A DNA stretch of 64,000 bases, from contig NW_018408906.1 in the NCBI RefSeq assembly GCF_002113885.1, forward strand, positions 124,001-188,000. The letters run 5' to 3'. Source of the stretch: Mizuhopecten yessoensis (lineage: Eukaryota). Every line of letters begins with the position of its first letter. Position 1 is the first letter of the stretch. Shown in pieces: positions 38,335 through 52,227 of the stretch. The notes beneath the pieces are model-generated. The model searched no databases. It was given only the letters and a program-made list of their open reading frames with translations, and was not told the origin of the DNA. The translations under genes and the position numbers were made by a program.

Positions 38335-41300
38335 GAAAAAAGACTGGTGCTTGACAATTGTTGCTTATCTGTGTTTTTCTATTCTGGCGATGTGGTTGCA
38401 TTCCAATCAACACTCTTGGAAACACACATCGCTAATTTCCAATATTGTTGTTAATTTATTATTCATTGTTATAGTGTTAATGGTACATTGATCTGATCGG
38501 TTGGCGATTAGTCGCCTGTATGTATTGCAATCGATTGTTGTGCCAGCAGTTTTACTTGTAATTTGAATAAATACTCTCGGTTTTAATTTACAACGTTGTG
38601 CAATGATAGTGTATTGAAGAAAGGTTTTATGTCATACGTTTTATCATTAAGAAAATTGTACTGCCAAATATGTGTACTTTAGATGTTAATACGTGTCCTT
38701 CATTGATTGAAGGGGCATAACTTAAACTCTTGATAATAACCATAATTTTTAAAAAAGGCGGGTTAGAAATTAAGCCTGGGATTTCTTTCAGTAAAATATA
38801 TCTCGAAAGTAAGTCCGCTTTGAAAAAGCCTTAAAATATGGCTCAGATTCCTTTGCAGTCAATTTTCTTTCACGATAGGCTGCCTAAGTTTTGTTAAATT
38901 GACATATACCTGGTATATCTTTGTATAAATAAAAAACCGATTTGCTAAGCATGTACTCTATTCAGGGAAACTTTCGCTTAGTCAAATATTGGTTTAAACA
39001 GAGGTTCAAATACTATTTGTTCCTTTATAGATATGTCTGACCGACTGGAATAGTTTGAATCACCAATATTTCACGAGATATATATGTCAACGTTAATTAA
39101 TATATAGTGAATGAAGGTTTAATAACTGGTAAAATGTGTTCATATATTTTTCATACATAAACAAAATCAATGTGTGTGACTGTCTTTCTCTTTTAGCAAA
39201 CTCAAAATACTCCCAAACACGGCGTGGAAATAAGTTTTATCGAAATTGATATTATATACAGTAACCGGGCTTCACAGATTGTGTTTCACAATACATTGAC
39301 ATAATACCACTGACAAGTCTTTAATAGACGAAATGGCCATACGCTGCAATATAACAGATTAGCTTGGTTTGGCTTTCTGCATTGAGTAACTTCATTTTCA
39401 AATGGAATTTTTAATTTTGAATTTCCAGTAATGCTATTAAAATCGCCCATTCTTCTTTTAGTAATTGCAAAACGTTTTCTGGGTTTTTGATAATATTTTA
39501 ACGCTTTAACTCGCAAAATATCAATTAATACGTCATGGTTGTTCTATCGCAGTCTACACAAAATGTGTTTTTAAGTACTTTAATTGCTATCTTTTGTAAA
39601 TGTGTTACATATGGTTAATTTAAGATTTAAAAAATGAAGCCTGATGAAGTACCTGTTTAGGTTGGCCTGAATACAACGTCGAGGAGATATTTAAATTAGC
39701 CGTTAATTTACATTGTAATGTGTGTTGTGGAACTATGCCGTGAACACCCTGTTCACACAATAACGGTACTAGTATACATATATATATCGCCCCTGTATGT
39801 AGATTATGTTTATTTATGTGTTGAAATGTGATATTGATGTAACATTAAAGAACGGAGTTCTGTTGAAGACTGTATGGGGTGTTAATTATTCCGATATATG
39901 GAAGGAATATACTATAATGGCTAACATAATTGATAGACCACAGCAACAACATACAAGGGTAAAATTCACACTCGTAGACTTTGCAAACAAAATCAAAAGG
40001 AAACATTATAAGTATTTTATTTCGCTTATTATGGATGCATATCATTTGAATTTCATATTGTCTAACATTTATGTATTCATCAAAGTTAGATGATCATGTG
40101 CGTTATTAGAAATAAGACACTGTTGCATGAAGGTGACTTAACTTAATGACATGAAAAGATAAAAGTCGTTATTTTTAATGCATTAGATCAGCCTGAAAGG
40201 AATTATCCTTACCTTTTTTTTTTTATTATTCCAACAAATATTTTTTATTGAGGCGACTAGTTTTGCCTACTAAGTGCTGATAATTATTTTTTCTGATTTA
40301 TTTTATTTATTATTCATTTATTATCTATTCATATTTCTTCACACTACAGCTTATGCTCTTTCAAAATTGCGGAGAGTTTTTCAAATAAGTGTTTGTCATA
40401 TTTGAAACGCAGAGTAAATTCAAACAAGTCTTTCAAACATTTCAATGATTCTGTTGATTTTGTGAAAGCACATGTAGAATATTATCTGTTATGGTCATGT
40501 GAGAAATTTAAGGGCCATCACATTGAACACACGAGATTGCAATTACACACTTTTGACTACGAATAAGGTACAGTCGTGTGTATTTGTGCAAGTATCTCTC
40601 GACAGATGCCAATTTTATATACCAGTACTGACCCACTGAGAGTTAAAGACTGCAGTGATCGACGTCCTGTTTACCTTTTGGTGCTTTGTTGATTGTTCTT
40701 AACTCGCATTGTCAGGTTTAAAGTGTCGTCAATATTTTTTTATATATTAATTCCAGATCGTGTCGTCAAGTTAATGAAACTGTCCTTGGCCTTTATTTGA
40801 TAGTACTACTAGTGATACAATGTTGTTTAACATAAAACTGATAAAGGAACATTAACAGTTAAACCCCAAACTAATACAAGTAACATTGATAGTACAAGTC
40901 ACATTGAAAGTAAAACCTCAATTTAATCAAGTAACTTTGACAGCCAAAATTCAAACTAATACAAGTCACATTTGACAGTTATTTTTTTTTGACAGTTATA
41001 TTAACTGTCAAACCACAAAGATTTGAAGGAACATTTACGTTGAATTCGCACATGACAAGCTGCGTACTATTATATAATAAAGTAATGGTGATTTGACACT
41101 ATTGCCTATCTTAGAAATATCAAATTGACAAGGCCTTACCCGTCGTATGTGAGGACATGACCTTATATTTATAAAGATTTTGTCCTTCATAAATCATTCT
41201 TATAGTCACATGCCAAGCTGTACAAATATATTGAAAGCGTGCCGATGAAATATACATATGATATAACTGAAATGGTTCCGTTCCTTATTTGATAAGACGT

Positions 41301-41749
41301 GTGACACGTCAAAGTCAATATATTACGGGAAGAATGTCCCAATTAGGTGTTACTGTATGTCTGTATAGATATATATATTAGTTAATACGATCAGATAAGG
41401 GAAGGTTTAAATAGGCTAAATAACGCTAGTATGCTACATGGTAGATTTATATAAGACATCAGAAGTTTCATTTATACATTTTAGACTATTAATTTATAAA
41501 GTTTTACATTTTTTTAACCTCTATTCACATTTATATATTGTAAGAAGTTTTAAAATCGATTTTTGTTTTGAATTTATTTATTTATTAATTTATTATTGTT
41601 TTCAAAAGAAAATTTAAATTGTAATGCTCGGTATTAAACTCCATTCAAAATTTGTCTGCAATAAGTACAAAAGTGATAAGTTTTTCTTGTTGAGGATATT
41701 TGGGAAACTAAAATTGTTTAGCTACTCATTTTTCAGATCTTTCTCTTTA

Positions 41750-41818
41750 AGCACCCGTATTCATATGGCCTTAGCTGTTTGGAGGACCTTAAACCCCGAA
41801 CAAAACAAATAAAAACAA
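41750..41818 (+). mobile_element. SINE 3'-end fragment
   Basis: CCCGTATTCATATGGCCTTAGCTGTTTGGAGGACCTTAAACCCCGAACAAAAC matches the 32275 array unit and tail. Confidence 0.6.
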
Positions 41819-43209
41819 ATATCGACAGTAAATTTAGTGTTTAGCTTTTAACCTTTTGTTTTGACGCTCTTTATTTTGGTTCCAACTGATACTACAGACA
41901 CATAACTAGTTTTAACCAACAGTTGTGGGTACAAAAGAATGTCATTGTCTGCATTTCTCATCCGATACTTTCTGAAATAAGCTCTGCAGCACATTGACCA
42001 TACTGGTATACATACTCTTCCAATATAGTTCAACATGTCATGTAAAAAGGCATAAAATATTGAGATTATTAAAAATAACCTTTCCCATTTTTTTAATTGA
42101 TTTTTATCTTTCTAATTGAAACTATCGCATTACAACGAAGCATTTAAAAATGCAATTATTGGCGTTTAATTAGAAGCTAAAACCTCTACATATAGAGCAT
42201 GATGTACACTTGAACCGTTTACTCGTGTCGGTACCATTTTTAGAGACCACAAAAGTATTCAAATTGAAAGCAATCGAAATATCAATTCGGTCTTATGTCG
42301 TTACAATACATTTATTTCAATAACTCCTAAATCAAATCATTATAGTACTACAATTGTACAACATATCGAGTTTCTGTCAGCGAGAGGCGAGTGCAAATAT
42401 AGCGACATGTGCCTAATTATGAGTAGACACTGTATTAAAGCTTGACTATACCGGTAATTGTACGGTCAGAGATCTACACAGGCCCTTAACGGTTTAAACG
42501 ATTCATAAGCCCCATAGAAAATTCCTTTGTGTGACTTTGGTTGTGTTTGTCTGTTTTATCTACGTCTCCAAACATGTGTGCTCAGCGTGGCTTTAAAATG
42601 TATACACTAGTTTAATATACCCGTTTTTGTAATTATTCGATACACATTTTAAAAGGCAGTCACCCTGAAGACTGTGTATATCAATCTGAGCGCCATTGTT
42701 AATGGAATACGAAAGCTTTGGCAATGTGCTTGTAACGATTTGGCAGCAAAGCTACCCCTTCACATTACTTGATGGTAACCGGTATGATTTAGCACCGAAA
42801 TCGTCTGTGTTGATGAATCAGGCTGAGGAGGGAGGACAAGTTATACTCTCTAAAACTGACACGACACATCAATGTTGTGATTGGGATTTAGATATTCATT
42901 AGAGATCGTGTTTAAGAGTAAAGGAATCGTTATAAGCTAGCTCATTAGTTTGTACACCGGTGTCAAAATGGCGGTGATGAAAAATATTCCAATCTGAAAT
43001 TAGCATTAACTAATTAATTCCGGACAAAGTCAAGGATATTAGATTTTTACATGCCAAGTAATGTATTTGTTGAAGAGGATTTGTGTGGTTTCTTGACAAA
43101 CATCAATGTTTGTGTTCAAGAACTTGATGATTCTTGGTCAAACAAGGAAATGGAATGAAACCGCCGCAAAAAAGGGTATCGTCAATTAAGTTACAATTAG
43201 AAAGGCATC

Positions 43210-44124
43210 ATGAGTGAGGAACTTGAGGAGAGAGAATATTCCCCAAGGTTTGGACAGAGTTACATAAATGTGTACCTGCCACGGGAGGAGGATACTGGTC
43301 TAATCAACAAGCATGTGCCACCCCCGTCACCCGTCTTTACTATGAGCAACATTTACAAATTCAGTGATGACGTCATCAAAGATCGCCACCTGTTCCTTGG
43401 GAAGAAGGCATTCTACCATCGATACGTCAAGGGGGAGCAAAGACGACACGGGCATGGCGGGTCAGCACAACCTGTCCAGCCCGGTGGGACGAGCCCAGAT
43501 CCCTCGGAGGAGGAGAAAGATGATGAATGTATGAATGTTAACGTCGTTAGGTTGGCACTTAACGCCTCAAGTAAAGAAGATGTTGATCGCAAAGCCAAGC
43601 AACGATTTAACGAACGTTTGAGTGCGTATGTGACAACTCAAAAGAAGATAAAATCCGCGCAGAATCAAAATAGCCTCGACGGTTCTAAGACCCCTGGAGC
43701 ATCATCAACCACCACCGATACCGAACAGGAGAATATGTCCTTCCAAACAATTTTGCCTTTAACCAACCCAAACTCGCCTCGTCGACCTAGGAGAGAACTC
43801 TCCTTCAGAACGGTCAGTTGTACTAACATTACCACTCCGAGACTGCCTACTCTGGAGAGGGCGAAAACATACACAGTGGAAGGCTACCTTAAGGAGAGGG
43901 CCATGTGGTTTCCAGAAACTGCCTCATGGGGTTCCACTTCCGCCCCAGGTCAGAGTAGAATGCCTATAAGACCGTCCTCGAAACCACACAACATCTGGAG
44001 ACAATCGACTGAATTTCTTCTCGGCAGGAAAACGCCAAGTATCAAAGACATTACAGGGGAAAAGATTCTCTACCCACAAAGGACTTCCAATAGCTCTTTC
44101 GCCAGAGCAAAGTCTTTGGCGTAA
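43210..44124 (+). CDS. Uncharacterised intronless protein, 304 aa, S/T/P/R-rich, probably disordered
   Basis: Non-repetitive 915-nt ORF, clearly more GC-rich than its flanks, with an ATG start. No recognisable domain. Confidence 0.7.
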   Translation: MSEELEEREYSPRFGQSYINVYLPREEDTGLINKHVPPPSPVFTMSNIYKFSDDVIKDRHLFLGKKAFYHRYVKGEQRRHGHGGSAQPVQPGGTSPDPSEEEKDDECMNVNVVRLALNASSKEDVDRKAKQRFNERLSAYVTTQKKIKSAQNQNSLDGSKTPGASSTTTDTEQENMSFQTILPLTNPNSPRRPRRELSFRTVSCTNITTPRLPTLERAKTYTVEGYLKERAMWFPETASWGSTSAPGQSRMPIRPSSKPHNIWRQSTEFLLGRKTPSIKDITGEKILYPQRTSNSSFARAKSLA

Positions 44125-47100
44125 GCAAGAGTCTCTCTGGCAATCCAGACAGGGTTTTGTTCCCACAAAAGACTTCCAACAATTCATTCGCCAGGGCAAA
44201 ATGTTTTGCGTAAGGACAAGCGCCTTTATGACAGTGCAGACAGGATTCTATGCCCCAAAAAATACTATCCAACAAACATTAACAAGAGTCACTGATTTTA
44301 GACAAGATTAATTACACAGAATAAATATTGACCAGCTTTTTGCCAGTTTAAGCTGAAGGCAAACCTTAAAGGTGATATTGAAGAGAAGGTAAAGGCCAAA
44401 TGCCTTACTCTATCATCTGTGTATACTGTGCAGTGGATAGATGTGTTGGATATTACACGATATTCTGAAGTGTGTATAAGGTCTGTGATAATATATATTG
44501 TAACATGTGTGATTCTTTCTCCTAGGATAACGGAAAAGTTTCCTTTTATATGAATCTACGTGACAAGTTTGATAGGCGGAAAAAAATGAAATTTAATATC
44601 TTTGATGTGATATCGTTTCATTTAGTGCATACAAAACCCGACGAGTCTTTATAAGGGGCTGAGGTCTTGTCCAGAGCACGTGAATTGATCATAACTGACC
44701 GAATCTTTTGTACCAATGAACATTTAAGGTTGAAATTTGTTTTAAGAGAAGGCGTTAATAAGTTGAAACAACTTGTGTTTAATCCTTTTCATTGTTCTTA
44801 AGCAATAAAACGTCTTGAAGCTAAATGACGACGAGGCGTTAAACCTTAATTTCAAAGTGTAACATATATATATGCTAATGATAATAAACAAATATTTGTC
44901 CATTGTGAGCATTCGTCCATGTTTAATTACTAGTACACATACATTTCTGCACAGAAAAACTTTATTGTTTGATAAAAGAATACATTTGCAATTTAATAAT
45001 ACCATTTTGTTCGTGTAAATGTTGATATAAATGCTGAATATGTATTATGATTTTCCCGCGATATCGGTCATTTACTAAGTACTTATGTTCGGTATTGACT
45101 TTATATACAATCTCCAAGTGATCGGATATGTGAGTGGGTTTTATTTCAATTGACAGGCGAAATTTTCAATACATATTATACGCATATAAGTGCTCCAATG
45201 GTCGATGTGAGAGTGCGTACATCATAGAGACAATAAACGAATATCGGTTAATTTCAATTACTAGTAAGTCCGTATTCAGAACAATGCGTCCTTATAAAAA
45301 AATATCAGCAGTAACCGTTTTAGAAATATGTCTGCGGATGTGGGTAACACCCCATCGCAACATCTCGTTCAATAATCACTAGAAATACCAACTAAGAAGC
45401 ATCTTTTTAAAAATTTAGTAAGTCGATGCAAACAGCCAAACAGAGTAAAATCAATTGTTACCGAGATTCATTGGAATTGGCCCCGATGTTGCCATTAGAG
45501 CTTTTGTATCTCAGATGGATGTTTAACGCATAAGTTCGTACCCCTTTGTGGATGATGAAGAGCCTTTGTGCTCCACTGGTGAGTAAGAGCCATTAAAGAT
45601 TAACCAACAAACCAGAAACAGGTTGACAGGCAAATATCTGATGGAGGACGGCCTTTCAACGTACAAGAGACAGGAATAAGATAATGCCGTTTTTGCACGT
45701 GAGAAGCGTACAATAAGAACTTAGCATAAGTCTGGCTAGGAGACTTACCATGGCACAGGCGTTTAACTTTATATACTAATAAATAAATAAACATTAGTTG
45801 AAAAAAATCGGTCCGGAACCTGACTGATTCACTATACACTTAACCGGTCAGGTTTAGGATCAGTTCTTTTTATTCATTGATTTATTTACTTACTTATTTT
45901 CGTTTCTTTTCTATTATCTAAACTCAATTGCGTATTCCCAGTCTAACAAGAAATTAGAAAAGTGATTTCAGGTCGCGGTACGTTTTCAACTTAAAAATCA
46001 TAGAATTATTTTCTACAAATTTTGAAGAATATAACACAACTATTCTATGCTATCTCGGTCAAGGTATACTGTACACACCGTTGGTATTACTGATGTATCG
46101 TGAACCGACCTTATTGAAAACACTGAAAACATGTTAGCTTGTAACACTATAAGCGTGAGAACCATAGGCGACAAAACACCAAACTCAATCAGATATCATT
46201 TTATTTACATCGTGTACAATTAAATGATCCAATCGAATTCTCATTCAGTCGTTTCGGATACCCATTAGCTACACGACAATAGGTAATGTATATATGATAA
46301 GTAATTTACAGTTAGCAGATTTTCGTCACTGTAAAGTCGACCCAGGCGAAGTACCATCAGAACATTTGTTCTTCCTTGATTCTCGTAATAAAACCAATAT
46401 CATATCTTCTTTTTGTAAATTTTGCGTGTTTTCATAACACGTAAGTTGTAGTAATGTTTTTTTTTTGGTTTCAGGATTTGTGTTCGGGTCATAACAGTGC
46501 GCAGTACCATGGCACGCTTATGTGTAATACGTCGCACGCGTGCGATATTTAAATGTCTGCTATCGCGTGTATTGTCTGTGTGTACCATCCGACGTGTACA
46601 TTGTCCTAACTGATCCCGAGATTCGTTAGACCTAGCCTGTGGTATATACAACAGATCTATGGAGACGGCTCGCGTTAATACCTATCTTCTGGTATTGAGA
46701 TTCGTGTTAATACATTTATCCTGTTAAATAGGCTTTCATATACCGGTGTATGATCTTATTGTCTCCAAAGAATGTTTTTGATGTATGCTATAAGTTCGAT
46801 GTTCAAAATGTATGTACTATTATATATTGCCGATAAATTATGCAGAAAAAAAATGTCACCGCTTCCCTCCCGATTTTAAACATTGATCGCTATAATATGC
46901 AGCATGTCATATCTGTATATTTCTCTTTTATCTCCAAAAAGGATCCCATTGCCAATCTTGTGATAAGAAGAAGTCATCTAGTGCAGTCACTCCTGTAGGT
47001 CGGGGATTCCAAAACAGAATTTACCTGCTGCAAGCAACTGCATGTTCTAAAAGGCGACTTATGTGAAAACGGAAAAATCTGGCTCATTTCCAGACTGACC

Positions 47101-47559
47101 TCCAAAACTATCCGGAAAGGCCCGTGAATATTTGACCATAATAGACGCACATACCTTTGTCTCGTGTACATTTATACATCACAGTCTGATAAGCACATTG
47201 ACACGCCATACCTATATTTCTTCACCGATTCAAACGGTCAACTATTGCTACGCGCGGTTCATTGTTTTTTAATTTTCACAATGCAGTATTTTGTCAGGTT
47301 TACTTAACTTTATATCATTATGGACGAAATAAACATGCTTATGGACTTTGTGATATGAAATATTATTCATAATCTAATAAAAACAATGTTGTGTCCCAGA
47401 AACGGTTCAAAGTTCAAACTGATGTATTGCTTGTTCGTCCGATAGTGTCAAGTCACAGAACATTTAAAATCTGATATAAGTGTATCTTTACCAGATGAAA
47501 TGTGTTGCCTACACTGTAGGCCTTAAAGAGATGTGACCCAGTTGAAATTCGTCTAGAAT

Positions 47560-49260
47560 AATGTTTTTCTTTGATATATTCAATACATATAGAACGACAC
47601 ATAGAGCAGTGTTATCAAGTTTTAATAGACTTCCAAATCTTATTTTGAATGTCTTGTAAGCTACGTCGGGTCACGATATTCTTGTGCATGGATACATTAC
47701 AAATCTGTTTTAATATCTAAGGTATAATTTGCCTGTGTGCTTCACTTTAATCACGGAAGTGATAGTGGGAGAAGTGTTAGGGCTCTTATCTTGTGCATTT
47801 GGTTTCATATATGGTATATCTACTTACTTAATCCTCTTGGAACATAGATCCTTCACTAGCGTCTTGGGTTGCCAAATTAGTCTTTCTCAACGACATATTA
47901 ATTGGTCTTTAGTTCAATGTACTAATGGGCGGATAAGACAGGTTTGCATTGTGAATAACATGGCAAGTCAGTCTTTTTCGTGCAAAGTTTTGATCACTCT
48001 GACGATCTTCTCGGGAATGCGATATTGTCTCAGGACCCTTCCTACAGTTAACCTGCTCATGAAGTCCATGAATTAATGCAGAGCGGTGACTGCGATTCCA
48101 GCAATTCCATTTTTGCTTCTCTCTCTTTCGGATATTGACAGCCGCCATAATCCTACAACTATGAATTACTGTTGCTTATAAACGTCAGGAAAATGACATA
48201 TCTCCAGTTCTTAGAACCATCGACACCTTCCTTCTTTCAAAACTTCTTAATATCGTTTGTTTTTTCGATCCATATGTACATATATAGCTCTGCTTGTTCC
48301 AAATATTCTGCAAAAGGTCAATCATCTCGTCTGCGGTGGCTGCTAAATCTGCCTCAATACTTCCGATATATTGTAGTCATGTCTGGTCACTCTTGATCTT
48401 TTCGTATTTCACACTGATTGACCCTATGCCCAGATTATCCCCGTCGTGTATGTTTTGACAGGTGTGCCTTTGAGTAAAACACTGAAGTGTTCCTTCTATC
48501 TCTAAAGCTGACTTCGCCTCGGCTTTTTTGTGGCTTCTTCATTCCATATGTCGAATGAAGTTGTAGAGGGTTCTCATTGTATTCTTTCCATTTGCGTCTG
48601 CTACCACTTGGTGGACTTTTCCTGATCTATTTCCATCCTGATCGTATGTCTCCTGGATAAGTTTCCCATATGTGCCTTTGTCTTTGCCATGTCCAAATAT
48701 GTGCTTGATTTCGATCTAATTTTCTATCTTCAAGATTTCCATCTCTCGAATATACTAGCATGCTTATGAAAATCAATTTCGGACATATTTTTCCATTTTA
48801 TCTTAACGGAGCCATCAACAAACTCAGCAAGGGACTGGAACTTCTGAAAAGGGAAACTGGAAACTTTTGTCGTTAATCGCCCGTTTTAAAAGCTTGGATG
48901 GTGTCGTAGCGTTGCTTTGCCTGTATTGCCTTTCTTCTTAACACTTGTCAAGGTCCTGATTCGCCGTTGTTCTCAGGGTTGATGACAATTGTGTTACCTT
49001 GCACATCCTAAAATAATGGAAAACACCATGTCGTTCAATCGTTGAAGTCCATTCAATAATTCCCACTGTAATTAATTTCTTCCAAGCCATCGCTCCCATG
49101 TAAAGTTTCAGAATCCATGCCGTCCGTGGCTATAATGATGTCTTTTTGCGACGCTTTATTCAGTAGATTTTGGCACATACCGTTGTACAATGGTTACTCT
49201 CTGAAATTTGGAATGAAAACGTGCATGCAGTGCATGATTCTTTCTGTTCCATTATACTCT
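47560..49260 (-). mobile_element. Decayed RTE-clade non-LTR retrotransposon (APE endonuclease and RT remnants)
   Basis: Frameshifted - strand fragments in RTE order: KDIIIAT..., GSDGLEEINYSG (cf. G.HGLG..NENG), EADLAATADEMIDLLQNIW, KKEGVDGSKNWR (cf. KKGD...NWRGI), ELLESQSPLCIN (cf. EWQSPLYINF), LRQYRIPEKIVRVIK, TCHVIHNANLS. Many stops; boundaries approximate. Confidence 0.75.
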
Positions 49261-49520
49261 CCGAGTCATGTTGTTCTGATTAGTTCGACTTTTGTTGGTT
49301 TCCTTACGAACACTTTTAGCGTGACGGCGGAGCTCCCTATTAGCACACTTTGCTCTCTCGCCCGAGCGTTAGACCATCTATCAATGATTGAGTGTTGGAA
49401 CTTATAGAAAAATCAGATTTTGTTATCCTGGGCTATATGTTTTTACATTTGGAACGGGTTTTCATTCACTTAGTGCGGTTAACGACCTCTCGAGACTCTA
49501 ACAAATATAAAAGAATGACT

Positions 49521-49747
49521 GGTCGGATAGTGCAGTGGATAGCGCACTCGCCTTTCGCCAACATGGTCGGGGTTTGACTCACCGACCGAACGTGAAACGG
49601 TTATGGGTCACCTAACTGACAACGGGGGTTTCCCGTGCATTCATCTCACGTTAAGGCCATTTGTGCGCTTTTATCTGGGACAACAAGAGTGATTAATAAA
49701 ATTTGCAATAATTTGTTTCATAAGTGTTTATAATAAATAAAGTTTAC
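49521..49747 (+). mobile_element. Degenerate tRNA-derived SINE
   Basis: Head GGATAGTGCAGTGGATAGCGCACTCGCCT...GGGGTTTGACTC with box A/B-like motifs, and an A-rich tail. Confidence 0.6.
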
Positions 49748-50300
49748 ATAAGACGACAATTTTATATTTTTATCAATATTTGTAAAAGGTGATTTTTTTC
49801 ATACAATATCCGAATTATAAACGGCTTATTCTTGCAGATCCTGGTACATTCGGACTCGTGTCTTTTCCGGCATATCCCGACAAATTTACGGAAATACCCG
49901 ATTTTTTGTCCTATTTTTTACCGGTAAACTGGAGCATATCCCTAGAACACATTTATCATTCTCAGTATATCTTCGACTTCGTGTTTCCACACTCGCCGAT
50001 AGAGATCGGGATTGTATAGAAATGTACACGAACGGTGGTTATTTACGAGCTAAATGATCACAGACTTCGCCAAACGATCGTTTGTCCTTCTATGCCAATT
50101 ATTAATCTATAACCAGTTTACTTATATAAATACCTACTTAGAGTTGGATAATTGGTCAATTAAAGATATATCTGATGTAATGGCAACATGACTTTCTGTT
50201 CATGATAAGACCTACATATGTATACACTACGCTGTACTGACAAAAAGTTACAGTATTACCCAACGAACCATACACCTTGACACATGCTTGACGATATAGG

Positions 50301-50516
50301 GTTTGTTTATGTTTTACGTCCTTTTAACAACTATGTTCGTTTAAGGACGTTCCAGGTTTTGGTGGTGGAGGGAAACCGGAGTACCCGGAGAAAAACCACC
50401 AACCTACGACCAGTACCTGGCGACTGCCCCACGAGGCCTTAAATCCGCGACCCAGCGGTGGAGGGCTAGTGGTAGCAGAATGTCAGACGCATTAACCACT
50501 TGGCCACCGCGGCCCC
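50301..50516 (-). mobile_element. tRNA-derived SINE with V-SINE-like core
   Basis: The - strand starts GGGGCCGCGGTGGCCAAGTGGTTAA (box A). Core TTTTTCTCCGGGTACTCCGGTTTCC. Tail AGGACGTAAAACATAAACAAAC. Confidence 0.85.
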
Positions 50517-52172
50517 AAAGAGAGGACTAGTGGTTTTACAGAATCTTCTAAATAACAGGACCACTGTCATTAGGTCTTTATCGATACATTTTGTCACTGT
50601 GGCCTTGTACTATTAGGCTTGTATACTAATCCTACTATCTTAAAGCCTATACCAATAGGTTGGACCCCTGTGGTCTTTTACTATTAGACCTAAACCAGCG
50701 TGTCTGGGGCCCTTTAGTATCTAATAGGGTAAAGATAACCACCTAGATAATATACGTATCTTTTGCAATTGCGCTATTATTTGTCATTTTTCTGTTGATG
50801 TATTCCAGATAGTACTTATTATGTAATGTATTTTGCAGCATGAAATTCGTTCGAAATTAAAATATTTGGAAATAAAAAATAAACATAAAATATAAACAAA
50901 AAAAAACCATATCGAACTTGGTGCATAATTATGTACAAAATGTATTACCGATCACAATTTACCAACGTTACAGTCCAGGAATTGCAATGCTCCGTATGAT
51001 CACACTGCTAAGGGAAATAACTCGAGAAAGACAGAAAACTAGAAAAGAAATCTTGTGCATTGGTACCCTTTACCTTAAGTACCATGTTTTGTGTTTTACT
51101 ATACCAACATACTGTGATCCGCTAGGCATAGCACTTTTCTATAATGGTGTGACTACAATATATAATTGTGTGGGTTTCTTTTATTAATTATTCATTGTCT
51201 AGTCCATACAGATGCATCACGACACTACAATCTTATCTGCTCAATAGCACAGCTACATTAAGCGACCACCAATCTGACCTGACGCGTACCATCTTGAGCC
51301 CAAGACTGTCTGTTCCTTGTTAAAGCACTATGAGGTTCAAACACCATCAGAAGTAGAATCTAAGTTTTGCATCGATCGATCAAAGGGACATTGATCCATG
51401 CATTAACATTTTTTCAAGTTACTTTTCACATCTTGTTGAGCTATTGTCAATGAAATATACATTAAAAATGGCGATTACTATACTATGGACTGTCATTTTA
51501 CATATACCATTTTATTTGGTCGGCCCCGCTACAGGAATACAGGGAGCCGCTTTCAGTGTCACTCAGTGCTGTTTGACGTACACTAAGTGATGACCAAAGT
51601 CTGATGAGGAAACTATATTTGATGAAATTTTGATCTATGAAAATAACTGCAGGCGCTTGGATCGATTTTTTAATAATGCATGGTAATTTTTTATTTATTT
51701 TTTAAAGGGAATGCTTCATTATTAGTTTTTTTTTTTATATATACTTGACGTTTCAGGTTGTGATATTTTCCCAAGAAAATATGTACCTTTCGACGTTTAT
51801 GGGCATTTTCTTATCACCAGGCTGAATTTCAGTAAATGTAAAACTCTTGATTTGAGATTTGAAATGTCAGAAAGATGGTTCATATCCTTATACAACTCGT
51901 ACGATATTCAAGATTTCGGCAACTAACACACAATCCACGGCATTTTTCTAACTAACGTCGTGTTTTCCTTCCATTATCGGCCATTTTTTTCACTATAGCT
52001 GTCGGGTTGGCGAACCAAATAGCGGCGGGCTTGGATTGTAGCTGACATGTTTTCTTTACCACTCGAATCAGCAGCAATTCTTGATGACCTGAAATATATG
52101 ACGGCAATATAAGAAACCACAACTTACTCATTTGCATCATCTTGATAAGTTGCTATTCATGTAGTTGTAGTA

Positions 52173-52177
<5 letters not shown>

Positions 52178-52220
<43 letters not shown>
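52178..52220. repeat. (GA)n microsatellite
   Basis: Directly visible. Confidence 0.95.

Positions 52221-52227
<7 letters not shown>

Noticed and set aside
39638-39685. Hammerhead-ribozyme-like CTGATGAAG...AACGTC
   Set aside because: The conserved GAAA is missing and stem I cannot be formed.
47030-47065. GCATGTTCTAAAAGGCGACT, resembling a retroelement 5' HDV-like ribozyme motif
   Set aside because: Degenerate; I could not build the nested double pseudoknot by eye.
51596-51620. CTGATGAGGAAAC hammerhead core
   Set aside because: No stem II and no compatible stems I/III.
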